From NCBI GenBank assembly GCA_965649765.1, contig OZ287753.1, forward strand, positions 69,006,001-69,070,000: a stretch of DNA of 64,000 bases, written 5' to 3'. This DNA is from Bispira polyomma. Taxonomy: Eukaryota. The notes under the pieces were generated by a model. It had not been told where the DNA came from. It saw only the letters and a program-made list of their open reading frames with translations, and ran no database searches. Numbering within the stretch: the first letter of the stretch is position 1; each line of letters opens with the position of its first letter. The position numbers and the translations under genes were made by a program. Below are positions 11,786 through 25,199 of the stretch, one piece after another.

Positions 11786-12325
11786 GGTTGTTCGCTACCA
11801 TTTTTTTCTCCAAAAAATAATTTTCAATATATTTCCATGAAAATTGCAGAAAATGTGCTTTGTTAACTTGTCTATTGGGAATAATGCATCACTTTGCACT
11901 TTCATGAGCCTCTCTGCTGAAATATATTGTTTACCTTCAGAAAAATTTAAGAAATTTCCTATTATTTCAATAGAAACATAAAGTTTTGGGCCCTAAAAAT
12001 TCAAAACAAACTGAGATTTAAAAAAATTTAACGCGGCGACCCCCTCTTTTTTTCTCATATTTAGTTACAGTTTGTGATTTACTACAACTGGGGAGAAAAA
12101 AAAATTAAATTCTGCTGGTCGAAATGTTTTTAAAGTACCTTTTTATGGAATTGTTTCTTCCCAAAACAGGCTTTTCCATTGAAAACAGTAGGCCAATAAA
12201 TGGAAATACATATCATATTCAAAGCTCTGTAGGTTTCAAAAGATCTTGGTGTGACACATTAATCAAGCTTTTCATAAAATTTTTTTTTGAAAATCTGTGG
12301 TGTAAAAAAATGGTAGCGAACAACG
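11786..12325. mobile_element. MITE with TTAA TSD (Kolobok-like termini)
   Basis: TTAA|GGTTGTTCGCTACCATTTTTT ... AAAAAATGGTAGCGAACAACG|TTAA. Confidence 0.8.
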
Positions 12326-12966
12326 TTAAAGCATATCTTCCTTACCGCCCTTTATTCCTTTCATGTACACCCCCCACATCCTTCCTTATGACTTGGCCAT
12401 GTTTGTGAACAACACATTTTGGAAAAATAATATGTTAGCCATTTCTATTGACTCTAAAGTATACCAAGAAGCAAAAGTAAGGAATCTAAAAGTTATCACA
12501 TAGAAAACCTTTCGTAAATTTGAAGAAGACAAAGTTTTGTCTAATGTATTACTATATGATTATTTTACCTATCATTTTCAAAATTGTTGCCCAGCTGTCG
12601 TCTCGTTGTCAATGTGTCAAGCACTCTGTAAATGTCAGTGGTCGTATTCCAAAAAATCCCAAGTTCAAATCTAATATTTTTGTATGTCTGACTACAGTAA
12701 AATAAAATATAGTGTCAGTGGTGAAAACAGAAGAAAACTTTCAAATATTCATTACTGCCAAGTATAGGTTGTATATGGATAATGGGCCTTCCATCATTTA
12801 GTCCCAGAATATAGTGTCAGATTTTAGATTAATTACTGTTTTAGTTGTTATCTAGTCAGATTAACTTTCGGGTTGGTTTATCCAAGTTAGTTTGGAAATA
12901 CTCCACATTATATAGTTTCCTTTAAAGTATCAGGTTTATGTACAGTTCACTAACCAACTGTTGTAG

Positions 12967-13139
12967 CTTTAAGGCTTACACGGATCAGGTTACAGCAAGA
13001 CATTGGTACAAACCCATACGTTGAAATTGGTAGGTTTGAATGCTGGTCAACAACGCAGAAAACTGAAAACCTCTTAATTGTGAAACCAACATCACTGGAA
13101 GAAGTGAAATCTGTCATTAGAGCAGCGGCAAAGAATAAG
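12967..13139 (+). CDS. GULO/ALO-like FAD-linked oxidase gene 1, N-terminal FAD-binding exon
   Basis: TGTAG acceptor; LRLTRIRLQQDIGTNPYVEIGRFECWSTTQKTENLLIVKPTSLEEVKSVIRAAAKNK; GT donor at 13140, phase 0. Confidence 0.85.
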
Positions 13140-13504
13140 GTACAATAAACAGTCTGTAACATCAAATGTGCATTACAATATGGGATGTTGTGCAAACATA
13201 AAAAAATCTCATTTTTTTATAAATTTCCTGGAGTTTACATATAGCTACCTGGTACTATGCTCTCTTTGAAAGATCATTTTAGCAGATGAACTAAAAAATA
13301 TTTAGCCAAGTGTAACATAAATGAATTACATCTTCCAAGAGTGTTAACTGGCCTTTAAAAATATGTACAACTGACAAAATATGTCAGTGTTGTTGCCAAA
13401 TTATTTAACACACCCTAAATTGTAAAGCTAAATAAGAAAGTACATCATGTATTAACTATTTCACTCCAGTATCGCCTTAGTAGTTTTAAGAGGGGCCACA
13501 TTTA

Positions 13505-13720
13505 CATAGTGGTAATATACTCATGTCCCAGCTCTGCAGTTCTGTGTTTGAATCTAGGCCCTGGTGTGTATATGGAAAGTTGGCAGTAGAACTGCTGCAG
13601 GCCAGTCGTTTGCAGAGTCAAAAATCTTGACTAACTACCATGTTCTGATTTTCTCCACCAGCGAACTGCCCGTCATTATATGATACAAGATCTTTTGAAA
13701 GTAACATTAAGCCTGAACTA
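13505..13720 (+). mobile_element. Degenerate tRNA-derived SINE
   Basis: Shares the GGAAAGTTGGCAG ... CTTGAC.AACT ... TTT(C)CTCC body with 52056-52240 and 60240-60500. Confidence 0.5.
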
Positions 13721-13820
13721 AACTAGTTTTTGACTAAATCAAATAAAGCCCTTATAATTACAAGATTTTCAATCTTATATACTAGCAACTGTCAAATGCT
13801 GTTTGATTTTAACATTTTAG

Positions 13821-13943
13821 CTCAAGATTCGCTGTTCTGGTTCACGACACAGCTGGTCTCCCCTGTTTCCAGATGAAGGGAACATACTTATGTATACAAA
13901 GGACATACAGCGCCATGATGGTCCCCGCATAGAACTTTTACAG
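13821..13943 (+). CDS. GULO/ALO-like gene 1, exon with covalent-FAD His motif
   Basis: TTAG acceptor; LKIRCSGSRHSWSPLFPDEGNILMYTKDIQRHDGPRIELLQ; GT donor; 123 nt, phase 0/0. Confidence 0.92.
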
Positions 13944-14539
13944 GTAGCATCTGGTATCCCCTTTAAAAATACCTATCTATTTCTCCATCAATGTCAGTCT
14001 ATATGGGGCGTATATATATATATATGACGTATTATTATTTATTGCAATAAAGCACAAAGTGGAATAGAAATGCTCTATTGGTAAAAAATATAATGTGCTG
14101 GAAACAAAATTTGTGATACCTGCCTATGTTTTTTGGACTTCTCGATTGGTTAAATTGATTTTTTTGGGGGGCTTTAGAAGACGTTTAAAATCCAAAATAC
14201 ATTACAATATCAGCTGTAGTGTACCATTAATCATGTCTTAGGTGGAATTTCTGAATTGCATTGTTATGTCAATATAATATATACAGAAGCTGGTGGGTCA
14301 CCATAGATAAGGGTAATCACTGTAAGGTCCTTAATGTTGCATGTACAATTAGAAATACTTATCACTCTCAATAATATACCTTATGTTAGCCTCACTGAAA
14401 ACAAATATAAAAAAATTTCCCTGGTCATAAGCATGAATAAAAAATATAGTTCTTAATGATATTGTCGGCTAAAATATATATCAATAGGAAGAGCAAATAA
14501 ATCTAGAATTTTATTAAACACCCGGTTGTAATGACGTTG

Positions 14540-14572
<33 letters not shown>

Positions 14573-14608
14573 GTTTTTTAATATAGTGTTGTATATGTGT
14601 AATACTAG

Positions 14609-14758
14609 AACCCAGATGGTTCCCATAAGGTGAATGTTATGAGTGGAGTGACTGTAGAAGAGTTGATGGACTTTGAACTTGAGAATGACGTCAATCTTCC
14701 TTGTAATGTAATTTTAACCACTCCCACTTATGGTGGTATTATTGCTGCAGGATGTCAT
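14609..14758 (+). CDS. GULO/ALO-like gene 1, FAD-binding exon
   Basis: TAG acceptor; NPDGSHKVNVMSGVTVEELMDFELENDVNLPCNVILTTPTYGGIIAAGCH; GTAAGT donor; 150 nt. The TxGGxxxxGxHG motif is completed by the next exon. Confidence 0.92.
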
Positions 14759-15357
14759 GTAAGTATCAGTGGGCAATAATGATGGCCTAATAGACTATGT
14801 GTTGTTCCGTTAGATATTTGTTGAGTTATTTACTTTCATAATCTCTCATCATTTTGCAACATTATTTATTATTGCTGTAAAATATCTTCTTTAATTAATG
14901 TAAAATTGTACAGATTTATCATTTAAATTTTGAAAAACAAAATCCTGCATAAAGGTCACCAATATATTTTACAGTACCAATATATTAAAATCTGCAAGAA
15001 TTTTTTGGTTACGTCGGCATAGTAATAACCTCTTGTAACAGGGACTTTGCAATAAAGCTTTACAGAACTACTTTTAAGTTTCTCTGTATATTTTTTATAA
15101 TGAAATACATCATTCAGTATAAAATACTTGATTAAAAGTTCAGTATTAACCCTTTCATCTCCAGGTTGTTGGCATTTGTTACTCCTACAACCTATGTCTG
15201 TCAAAAAGTGGTTGTCACCCCAAAACTATTACTTTCCTTTAGTTCCTCGCAAAATTACAGCAGAATCTCCTATTAATAAAGTGATACTTGCGACTGGTAT
15301 TGAATGTTGGAGATAGTCTGTCTTTGAGTGACTCCAGATATCTGTAACCTATTACCC

Positions 15358-15414
<57 letters not shown>

Positions 15415-15664
15415 CCAGTTAATATTTTTCTATTAGGGTGGAAAGGGTTAAAGGCCATTTCCATCAATGCATTATGTAACATCTGACATGCAGTAAATGC
15501 CTATACAGACCTTCCTAGAAATATGTACGAAACTGTTGTATGTATGGTATGGTAAACATGCAGTAAGGCCCTGCTGAATCTTTATAATGACAGAGTAGCC
15601 ATATATGGCATAAATTTGGATGTCTGATGCAGTATACCTTTAATCAGATGTATTTATATTGCAG

Positions 15665-16702
15665 GGTGTTGGCTGGAATTGCATGGCTCTATCTGACTAC
15701 TGCACTCAAATGCGGATAGTGGATTCGAGTGGAGAACTTAGGACATTCAGCAAGCAGAACGACCTTGATATGATGTTAGCTGTACAGTGCAACCTGGGTT
15801 TATTTGGTGTTATTTACGATATGCATCTAGAAGTCATGGGAAAGAAGATTGCACATGTGCAGGATGACTTTAGTTATTCTGCTGGTGATCTGTTTTATGA
15901 TCCAGTAAAACTGAAGAGAATAGTGACAACAACCGACTCGGTAGAGATATTTCACTTCCCTTTCAATAGTGTGGGCTGGATAGATGCTGCAGAACAACTG
16001 ACAAGGGTTCTTGGAACTAATCAGACTCTAACAAGGGATGAATGGGATCCAAGAAATGATAAGCTTTGGATAAGAAAGATTAATTTCCATAAACCAAGCA
16101 AAAAAGATCCAAAGGAATTAATAAATGGCTGTTACTATAAAAATCTCAATATACGATCGTGGCTTGAAGGACATAGTATGAGTGTTGTCGATGACTTCAT
16201 CATAACATTTCCGCAGGTGATAACTCCATTAATTTCAAGGGCAGCCTTTGACTATCTGGAAGAGACAACCTCTGGTGATGCTTGGCAGCCCTTAGCAAAT
16301 GCAATACACTATCGGCCTAACATTGAACTCTTTTCTGTGCACGATATCGAAGTGGTGATGAATGTAGAGGATGACTTCAGCAATATTACAAGGGCCTGTC
16401 AGGTAATACTAGAGCTTGTCAGACAAGAGGCCGAAAAGGCCAGGTTTCCATTGAATGTGGCTATGGAGATGAGGTGGATGAAGTACAGTGAGGCTTATCT
16501 TTGTCCAGCCAATATAGGTAATCCACAGGAAGGAGGTTCTGGTCATACTGTGTACTTGGAGATACTCAGTTATTCACACACTCCTACATGGAAAGAATTT
16601 GCAGCCAAGGTGGCGTCAGAATTGGTGAAGATTCCAGGCCTAAGGTTCCACTGGGCTAAAGAGTGGGACTATGTAGAAGACTTTGACACCCATATTCAGA
16701 AG
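15665..16702 (+). CDS. GULO/ALO-like gene 1, large exon (substrate-binding/ALO domain with HWAK motif)
   Basis: Core of ORF 15659-16732: GVG...LGLFGVIY...EMRWMK...RFHWAKEW. CAG acceptor at 15662-15664, GT donor at 16703. Confidence 0.93.
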
Positions 16703-16900
16703 GTAAAGTGTTTTTTTTTTTGTGCTGTGTAGGATAAAATAACCAAACATCTGGAAATCATATTAACTATTCAATGTTTTTCATTTTTATATTTTATAAA
16801 ATACTGACATTTACTGTTTATACTTATACACATGTACAAACAGTCTTCATCTATTACATGTATGAAATTGGCTGTAATATACATCTGTTTTGTCTTCTAG

Positions 16901-17020
16901 TTGTATGATAAGCAGATTAAGAAGTTCTGTACAGCTTTAGATAGATCTGGAAGTGACCCAGACGGAATGTTCAGGAACAAAAGGCTTCAACAGCTCTTTA
17001 TGCTGGATAAATCTGGATGA
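16901..17020 (+). CDS. GULO/ALO-like gene 1, terminal exon
   Basis: CTAG acceptor; LYDKQIKKFCTALDRSGSDPDGMFRNKRLQQLFMLDKSG*. DPxGMFxN is the conserved C-terminal motif of this oxidase family. Confidence 0.9.
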   Translation: MYDKQIKKFCTALDRSGSDPDGMFRNKRLQQLFMLDKSG

Positions 17021-18809
17021 ACTAAAGATGACAAAAGTTAAAACAATTGACAGTCACAAAATGTCAAACGAGAGCCAGCAGAAGCTAAAAACTGTTTGCC
17101 ATGAATATAATATTTTTAAGTGAAATTATATTGAACACATCAATGTATTACATGGCATAGGACAAATAAATTAAATTCATGAAGTGTAAAGAGCATTATG
17201 TAACCTGCAGATTGAACAAAACAACGTCATAATCATACAAATAATAAATTGGTAAAATGCGTAGGATAAAATATATTCCATAATCAAAATATTAGGTGAT
17301 TATTCTGTCAAATGCATGACAAAAAAATAAACCTTAATGCTGAAATGTTTTTGTAATTTAGACCTAATTTTGTGTTAGGGTTCATTTTGTATTGTACTTT
17401 GCATTTTTAACACAACTGATTTGTGGAAACAATATTCATTAACAAATAGGCAAAATAAAAACAATTAAATTAAGCCATCTGACAGGAAGGATTATGTATA
17501 AAAGACAAGATAAATAGAAATATGTAAATATACATAAATATATATGTATGTACATAAAATATACCATAACAGTGTTCACCATAATAATCTACAATGCCCT
17601 CATTGAAAATGAATGTTAATACTCTTCGAAACAAATCATAAAGTTGTAATGCCGATAAAGAATGAACAATGAATTAATGAATAATAACAAAATAACTTGA
17701 TATACACATAAGAAACGGTCGCGAATAATCACTTTGCCACAACACATAATGGCTAAATGTACATTAGAACCACCATTATCCGAAAATGTTTGGAAAACAA
17801 GATTTTTTTCGGATAGTAGGGGGGTTAAAAATAAAAGAGGTGATAGAAGTTTGGATAATAAAGGTTTTACTGTACATATGGAGGCTTTGGGTATTGTGTT
17901 AGCTATAAGGTAATAATTTTAAAATATTCTTAAAATATATTGTTAAGGGGTTCACATATACTAAATAAGTATTTTAATCAAGGAAATTACCCTATTTCTA
18001 GCTGTGAAGATATATTTCGACCCATTCTTGAATGGAGGTCTCCTCAGAAGTTGGAATTTAATTTTGATTTACTGTGACTTGCTGGGGCAAGAGAGGTTAC
18101 CAAAAGATGCAAACCACATTACACTCTAAGTTGTTGCCTCCTGGTGCCTTGGAAAGGTTATAGGTGAGATTTCTGGTATGGTTTAGTGGGGCTATCTAAA
18201 TATGGCCAAACTGAAGTACTGTGACATTCAGATAGGCATATTTACTTTTTACGCTTTAGGTGTATGCATATACAGACAAAATATATCTTAAAAACCAATA
18301 CAAATATTTAGGGTAAAACATTTACAAAGAAAAGAGTACTATAACATAGGTTACATACAAACAATCGATCAGATTTATGGCGACATTTCTCCAAAGAGTT
18401 CTTATATCTTCTGTTCACATCAGGTTTAGACTTATCTTCAAGCACAACCTCCATATCACTGTGTTAGTGCTCATGTCACAATGTCAGTCTTTTCGTTATG
18501 GCACTCCAAATAAATTTAAAAATTAAAACTGTAATAAGGATGGTTGACAGCTGGATGTTATACATGTGAAAATATGCATGTCATATGACTGTGGTGACGT
18601 AAGTTTCCATGACTTTTAGATATGACATTTATTTATGATATACACTGTGCCTAAATTATTCCAATTAAATCAAAGGGAACAGGAAAAAGGGATGCAGGAG
18701 CATCACGTATCACGTGAGAGGAATAATATTTACAAGTATTGATTAATGCCTATAGGAGCAATGACATGTATATGCCCCACTAATTGCAATTCTTTCCTTC
18801 TGCAGAGTA

Positions 18810-19090
18810 TAATAATTGAAACATTTATAAAGCGTTAAATTGGATATCAATGCCTTAAAGGAGAACATCTACTAAGGACTGATATCCCAAAAAGGAAGGT
18901 CCAGGGCCAAGCAAAGGTTGTTACCAAAACTAATTCACCAGGGAACGAGGACTAATGAGAGACGGGGGGGGGGGGGGGGGGGGGACAGTCTGAGAAAAGA
19001 TAAGTTTTGAGATTGCTTCTGAATCCAGGGATTGTATCCTGTGATCCGACAGTCTGTGGAAGCTTGTTCCATTCAACAGGAGCCGAAAGA
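18810..19090 (-). mobile_element. CR1/L2 LINE 3' end fragment
   Basis: Begins ATAATTGAAACATTTATA and resembles the 3' end of the LINE at 29010-29170. Confidence 0.5.
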
Positions 19091-19391
19091 CAAATATGGA
19101 TTCCTTTTAAAATTTGTCGTCATTTGTTATAGAATTGAATCATACATCACTACTCGTAGTTTTACTATTGTATTTTTATTGTGTATTTATGTTATTTACT
19201 GGAGGTTTAAATAGGCATTGTTTTTCTATATGGTCACCATGGTCACCAAACTATCTTTTTTGTGAATACAAAACCCACTCAATAACATAAAGAAATGTAT
19301 CCACAAAGTTTTATTGTTCAGTCAAGTGAAAAAGATGGTTTCACAGAGGCTAATAGATATTGTGAGAGGTCTTCAAGGTTTACTTGACAAC

Positions 19392-20101
19392 ATGCAACTT
19401 CAAGTAATGGCCATTATAGACATCGCAGAAAGAAGAAGAAAATTAGGAAGTCTCTGGTAGACAAAGAATACAGATGTTAAAGGAAAGGTGGACAGAAGAG
19501 GACGGGCAATACATAGGTTCTAGGTCAGGCCATGGCTCAAGGAAGAACATGGTCAGGACACAACACTCCTGCCACGTATGGAGATGCAAGATGTCCAGCC
19601 TTACATTTTTTGAGGATGCCCCCTGAGTAATTCTAGGAAATGGAGAGGAGAGTGGATAAAGAAACAGACCACCTGGTTCAAGAAACCACTTTTCCCTAGA
19701 CTCCAGATAGCTATCACTTTGAGGCATTTGGCAACTGGGGAGTCATACACATCACTGCAGTACACTTTTGTGGGCAGATCAACCATCACCAAGTTCATGC
19801 CACAGGCTTGCCAGGCCATTATAGACGAGTTTAAGATTAATTTCTGTCCTGCTTCACTAGCCTAGAGGACTGGAAGAAGGTGGAGTCTGTCTTCAGGATC
19901 ACATGAAATGCACAAATGGCCTGGGGCCCCTATATGGGAAACATATTGCCATTCGATGTTCAAGAAAAGCGTGCAGTAAATATTTTGACTACAATGGCTT
20001 CCACCCCATAGTGATGCTGGCCTTGATAGATGCAGGGTAGAGGTTCCTGTGGGTCGATCTGGGATCTAGTTGGTCCTGCTCAGATTCACAGATATTCAAT
20101 A
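19392..20101 (+). pseudogene. PIF/Harbinger (HARBI1-like) DDE transposase remnant
   Basis: Frameshifted translation: TWFKKP..LQIAITLRHLATGESYTSLQYTF.VGRSTITKFMPQACQAIIDEF..EDWKKVE..GKHIAIRC..YNGFHPIVMLALIDAG*RFLWVDLGSSWSCSDSQIFN. Confidence 0.85.
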
Positions 20102-20149
20102 AATCAGAAATAAGTTATTGATGTTAAGCATTTTCTAAAGCACAACAGC

Positions 20150-20380
20150 AGAATCAGTGATCCAACGGTGTAATCCATGGGTATGGCATGGTCGCAAGGA
20201 AAGGTGTAAGGGTATACAGAAGGGAACACAGGTGGGTAGGCAAGGTTAAAAAGATATGTTTTAACCTTTTTCCTTAAACCGATAAGTGTACCTACTGATC
20301 TGAGGTAGCCTGGAAGACTGTTCAATAACAAGGAAGCTGCAATGGAGAAAGCTCTGGAACCAGTATAAGTTATTTCCATT
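20150..20380 (-). mobile_element. CR1/L2 LINE ORF2 3' end fragment
   Basis: GSRAFSIAASLLLNSLPGYLRSVGTLIGLRKKVKTYLFNLAYPP is the typical CR1/L2 ORF2 C-terminus. Confidence 0.8.
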
Positions 20381-22569
20381 TTTACATAGCCTATATTTGA
20401 GTTAAGTATGTGGTTAAGCAAAATTTCATTTTGAAAATATCAGCCCTGGTGCCACCTCCAAACTTTTGGGCCAATCTTGGAGAGACTTAATTCTACTGCC
20501 ATACAGTTTAAAATCACCAAAACCGAACATTAATTTGGTGAATGTTATCGTATTTTATTCATTTACAATATTTACTTCAAAGATAATTCAGGGTTACCTT
20601 ATTCAGTGTTTTTAAGTTAGTACAGGCCACCTAATTGAATGTATTGTCAATATTTCAGCTGAAATATTTGACATAGTTAGGAATATTATATTATTGTTTT
20701 TGGAATATATGTGTTAAATTGTTTATTATTTAAAGTGATTTTTATGTTAATCTGTAATAGTGTTTTAGCAAGGAAATAGAATTTTGAAAGTCAGTGCAGT
20801 ATGTTAATTATATAGTACACTTAAAAGTTGGTTTGGTGGTTTTCTATTAACTTAGTAGTACAGTTTTAGTTGTAGTAGTGGTGCAGTATTGAAGATTTTA
20901 AATATTTTACATGCTAAATTTGTATTTCGTGTTTTTGTTAAATTAACACTAAACCCATAGTGGCTGGGAACTTTTGTTCTGTTTATATTCATTGTTATAA
21001 ATATATTGATGTTCTAGTGACAGAAAATAACTAGTTCACTAAACTACACTGTAAGTTACACTGGTATTATATCATGTTATAATTTAACAGTTGTACAATA
21101 ATCCAGATGGTACATTGTTCAGTTACAATCCGTCACCCCAAATTAAAGCTGTGTACATGTTTGAGGTTCAACTTTGCACATCTCTTATGTCCAGCTTCTA
21201 CTATAGCGAGTTAGAAAAAAAGCGATGCTTGTGCGTATATGCTGATTAGCCGGTCGCAGAGACATCCCTGAATAAAAAGTTGCACCTAATAATGATTTTT
21301 GTGTGAAAAATCTGGGTAAGCGTCATCTCCACGACCATTGCGGTTATTTAGAAAAAACTAGTTTATATCCATACAGATACAACATAATGCAATCATTTTG
21401 AGTAAATCTTCATATAGAACATTATTTCATGTAAATAATGATTGCATTAGTATCTATCTAACATATTCTAATATACCATTATTTATGTTTAAATTACTAC
21501 TTATTTTGGGGATCAGTTTAATTTTTGTCAGGTTACAGTATCTACTTACTGGACAATAATCATAGCACATATTAAACTACCATAATGTTTTCTTGTAGAA
21601 ATAGAAGATTGTATTTGTGTACATTTTATTTACCACTATTAACCTACAAAAATGACATAATTTCAGTGTACATATTTTTTATTAGTTCAATTTTATTTTA
21701 AAAGCCATGTATGATTGCATTATTATATTATAGTGCAGATGTAGTTACTAATTTGCTTTATAATAAGACTACGTAACTATACGTGAAAATTATTATATAA
21801 GGATTATATTTTAAATTTCTTCTATGGTTACATTATTGTACTCGAATGTAGGTTAGTGCATTATAACATTGTATTAATGCCCTCATATACTTCTATGATC
21901 TTGTTAAGTACAGCTGGAACTCTACTAAATTGGTACATTATAAAAATTAAGTATGACTTCTTGTAGATATTTCATTTAATTTTAAAAGTCTTATATAGCA
22001 ACATTGTTATAACGTGTATATTAGTTCATTATAAAAATGTAATAACGTCCTTGGGTAACTACATTGCATTAAAAAAATTAGAATGACCTTGTGTAGTGTA
22101 CGAGTGCATTACAAAAAGTTAATAATGTCCTCCTGCAGGTTGGTGGTGAAACATCTGTAGATTAAGTGCTTTACACTTCATCTTTTAGAGCATTCCTATA
22201 TCTACGAGTTGATTTAGTGCATTATGAGAAAACGGTGATTGGAAAGGAGTATATTAATGAAATGATGTTCTCCATAGATTTATGGTGCCATAACGTACTC
22301 ATTTAAACCATCTTGGAATAAGATCAAGCATTTGTTTTCTAAATGAGCACATATTAAAATGACATAATGTACTGTTATTGTATTTGTGTACACTGATTGG
22401 TCTCAAAACTTTGAACAACTCCGTTATTGTTGCTTCCTCCACCAGTAAACTATCTGATCTGATGGTAATGTTATTTTCCACTAAGGGTTCATTTTATTAA
22501 GTTTCAACTTCTTTGGCAGCACAATCAATGTCTAGACTTCCTCGATGGTGTTTCTAATTTCATACTATA

Positions 22570-23090
22570 CACATTCAGCTACCACTGCTCTATTCCAAAC
22601 CTTATCGATCTACCTAATGTACACACTCAACTACCACTGCTTTAATCTTAACTGTATCCAACTACCAAATATATACACTCAATTACCACTGCTTTACCCT
22701 TAACTGTATTCAACTACCTAATGTACACACAACTACCACTGCTTCACTCTTGACCGTATCCAACTACCTAATATACACACTCAACTGCCACTGCTTTACT
22801 CTTCACTGTATCTACCTACCTAATGTAGACACTTAACTACCTGATATATACACTCAAACACCACTGCTTTACTGACTTCACTGTATCTACCTACCTAAGG
22901 TACACACTCAACTACCACTGCTTTACTCTTCACTGTATCTACCTAATGTACACACTCAACTACCACTGCTTTACTCTTCACTGTATCTACCTACTTAATG
23001 TATACACTCAACTACCACTGCTTTACTCTTCACTGTATCTACATATACCTAATGTACACACTCAACTACCCCTGCTTTACTGACTTCACT
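22570..23090. repeat. Minisatellite, about 50-bp unit
   Basis: Tandem CTACCTAATGTACACACTCAACTACCACTGCTTTACTCTTCACTGTATCTA-like units. Confidence 0.9.
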
Positions 23091-24084
23091 GTTAAATATC
23101 CCAATTAAAATGTATATTTAGATCTTCTGTATTAACTGAATACAAATATTATGGCCATGGTTCAGATAAATGTTTACAACTTTCCTTATTTTTTATTTGT
23201 TTATTGATAACCTTATTGTTTATTAATACTACTGATTGATAAATATTACTTCATCTCAATGTAGAATTATGTGGTGAACTTATTTGTCCAAAAAGACAGA
23301 TTTTAGACAAGTATTACTAGATCATAAAATGGAAGACTTTTCCACATTTCCGTCAAACATATCTATAATGTCCACATATACTTAATAATTTATTTGCCTT
23401 TTGTTCATAAATATTATTATGAATATTATTTTACAATCAAGTACATATGATATTATAAAACAGTGATACATATTTAAGACTTTAGGTAATGCACATTGTG
23501 TGTAATATAGCTGTCACCTTATTAATATTTTTAAATATAAAATTTTTTTTTATTCTGCACTTTACCATATCTTTTATCAAAATAGCAGCTGCAACAGATT
23601 CTGGATCCATACTAGCACAAACAGTTCTTTGGATGTCTCTCACAAGCTTTAAAATTTTGATACTCTTCATCTCATATTTACGGAAATAATCTTTTGGCTA
23701 TATATAATTTACATTATTACACATTGGAGATCCACTATAATCAGTATTTAGGAGCTTCACAACAAAGTTAAGAATCATTCTATGCAATAACAGAAAGATC
23801 ATTATGCACCGTGGGTAATAAGTCTGGTATTAGGTGCTGGAGAAAGTAACCTAATACAGGCTGCTAAATCACTGAAAAACCTTGTTGTATTCTTTGCCAA
23901 GGCCTACCAATGGAAAAACAGGTAAATGCTGTATCAAAATCATGCCACTACCATATCTCAAATATCGGCCAAAACCAGAAATATTTTACAGAAGATGTCT
24001 CTAAAACACTGGTTCAAGCATTTGCGATTGCTCGTCGTGATCATGGGAATGAAATAAATCCATGGTATTCCTAAGACACTCATC

Positions 24085-24650
24085 TGTCATCTTCAGCTAA
24101 TACAGAATTGTGCTGCTCGCCTTGTATGACATACATGTAAGCGGGATCACATCACACCAGTTCTGTACAACTTGCATTGGCTTCCGGTATAGTACAGGTC
24201 GTGGTACAAGATCTTACTCTACACATATAAGGAACTAAAAGAACTGGCTCTTGCTTGCAGTAGTAATCTTGTGCAAATATATCAACCGTCACGATCCCTA
24301 TGATCCGAAACAAAAAAAATCGGTGGGTCATACCCAAAACACACATTGCAACCTATGGCAAAAGATGTTTCAACAAATCTGCAGCTGCACAAGAGGATGA
24401 TTTGCCAGAAAATGTCAAACATGCTAAAACATGCCAAAATAACTTTGAAATAACAAATTTTTCTTTTTCTTGGTGAAACCCCTAGCTGTAAGCAGGGTCA
24501 TTAAATTTTGAATAAGTACTGTTTTACTAAACAGTATATATATTTTATTGTACTGTATTATGTAAACATATTTACTCAATATTTTATAGTAAAGCGCTTT
24601 AGAGCATTTCTATGAATGGACGCTATGTAAATCTGGTATATTATATTACA
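24085..24650 (+). mobile_element. CR1/L2 LINE 3' fragment
   Basis: LQLIQNCAARLV..KRDHITPVLYNLHWLPV*YR, ending in an AAAGCGCTTTAGAGC ... TATTATTA tail. Confidence 0.8.
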
Positions 24651-25199
24651 GTTCCCCATGGTCCAGGGAAAGTTAGTCATATGATTTTATTTAATAGCAT
24701 TGTAGTTTTCAAGCAACACAGTAAAAGAACTTGTGGATATGTATTTATTAATAACTAGCGTGGTTAGCTCTACAGGTGTAGTATATACAGTTTTAAGTTT
24801 CAGTTAAGAGCATAAGGTCACCTTACAATCAGTATGAGTTTGAGGTGAACGTAAAGTCACCCTAAGTTTTAGGACAATAAGGTTGACTTAAGGTCATCTT
24901 AACTAAGGAATTTGAGGGGGCCTAACGATGGCCTTAAATTGAGTTTAGGATTAGCAACCTGTGTGTCAAAAGTATGCCAATTAAGGGGCACCATTAGTGA
25001 GCCCGAGTCAGGTTTGAGATTAATTATAAGCATACCTAGAGTTTGAGTCAGTATGCAAGTATATGGGCACGAACTCTTGGCCCTACCTTGAGTTTAAGGT
25101 TGATTTAAAGCATACTATGCAGGTTACGAAGTGATTGGAAGATAAGTTATGTAAGAGTACATAATGTACTGAGATATAAGGTGACCTTATGCCCAAGGA

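Noticed and set aside
15355-15412. Long C-run/A-run (also G/A runs at about 41545-41585)
   Set aside because: Low-complexity homopolymers that are common in such assemblies and error-prone; no evidence of function.
22299-23700. Short minus-strand ORFs with protein-like composition
   Set aside because: No identifiable motif; possibly old TE debris, but not supportable.
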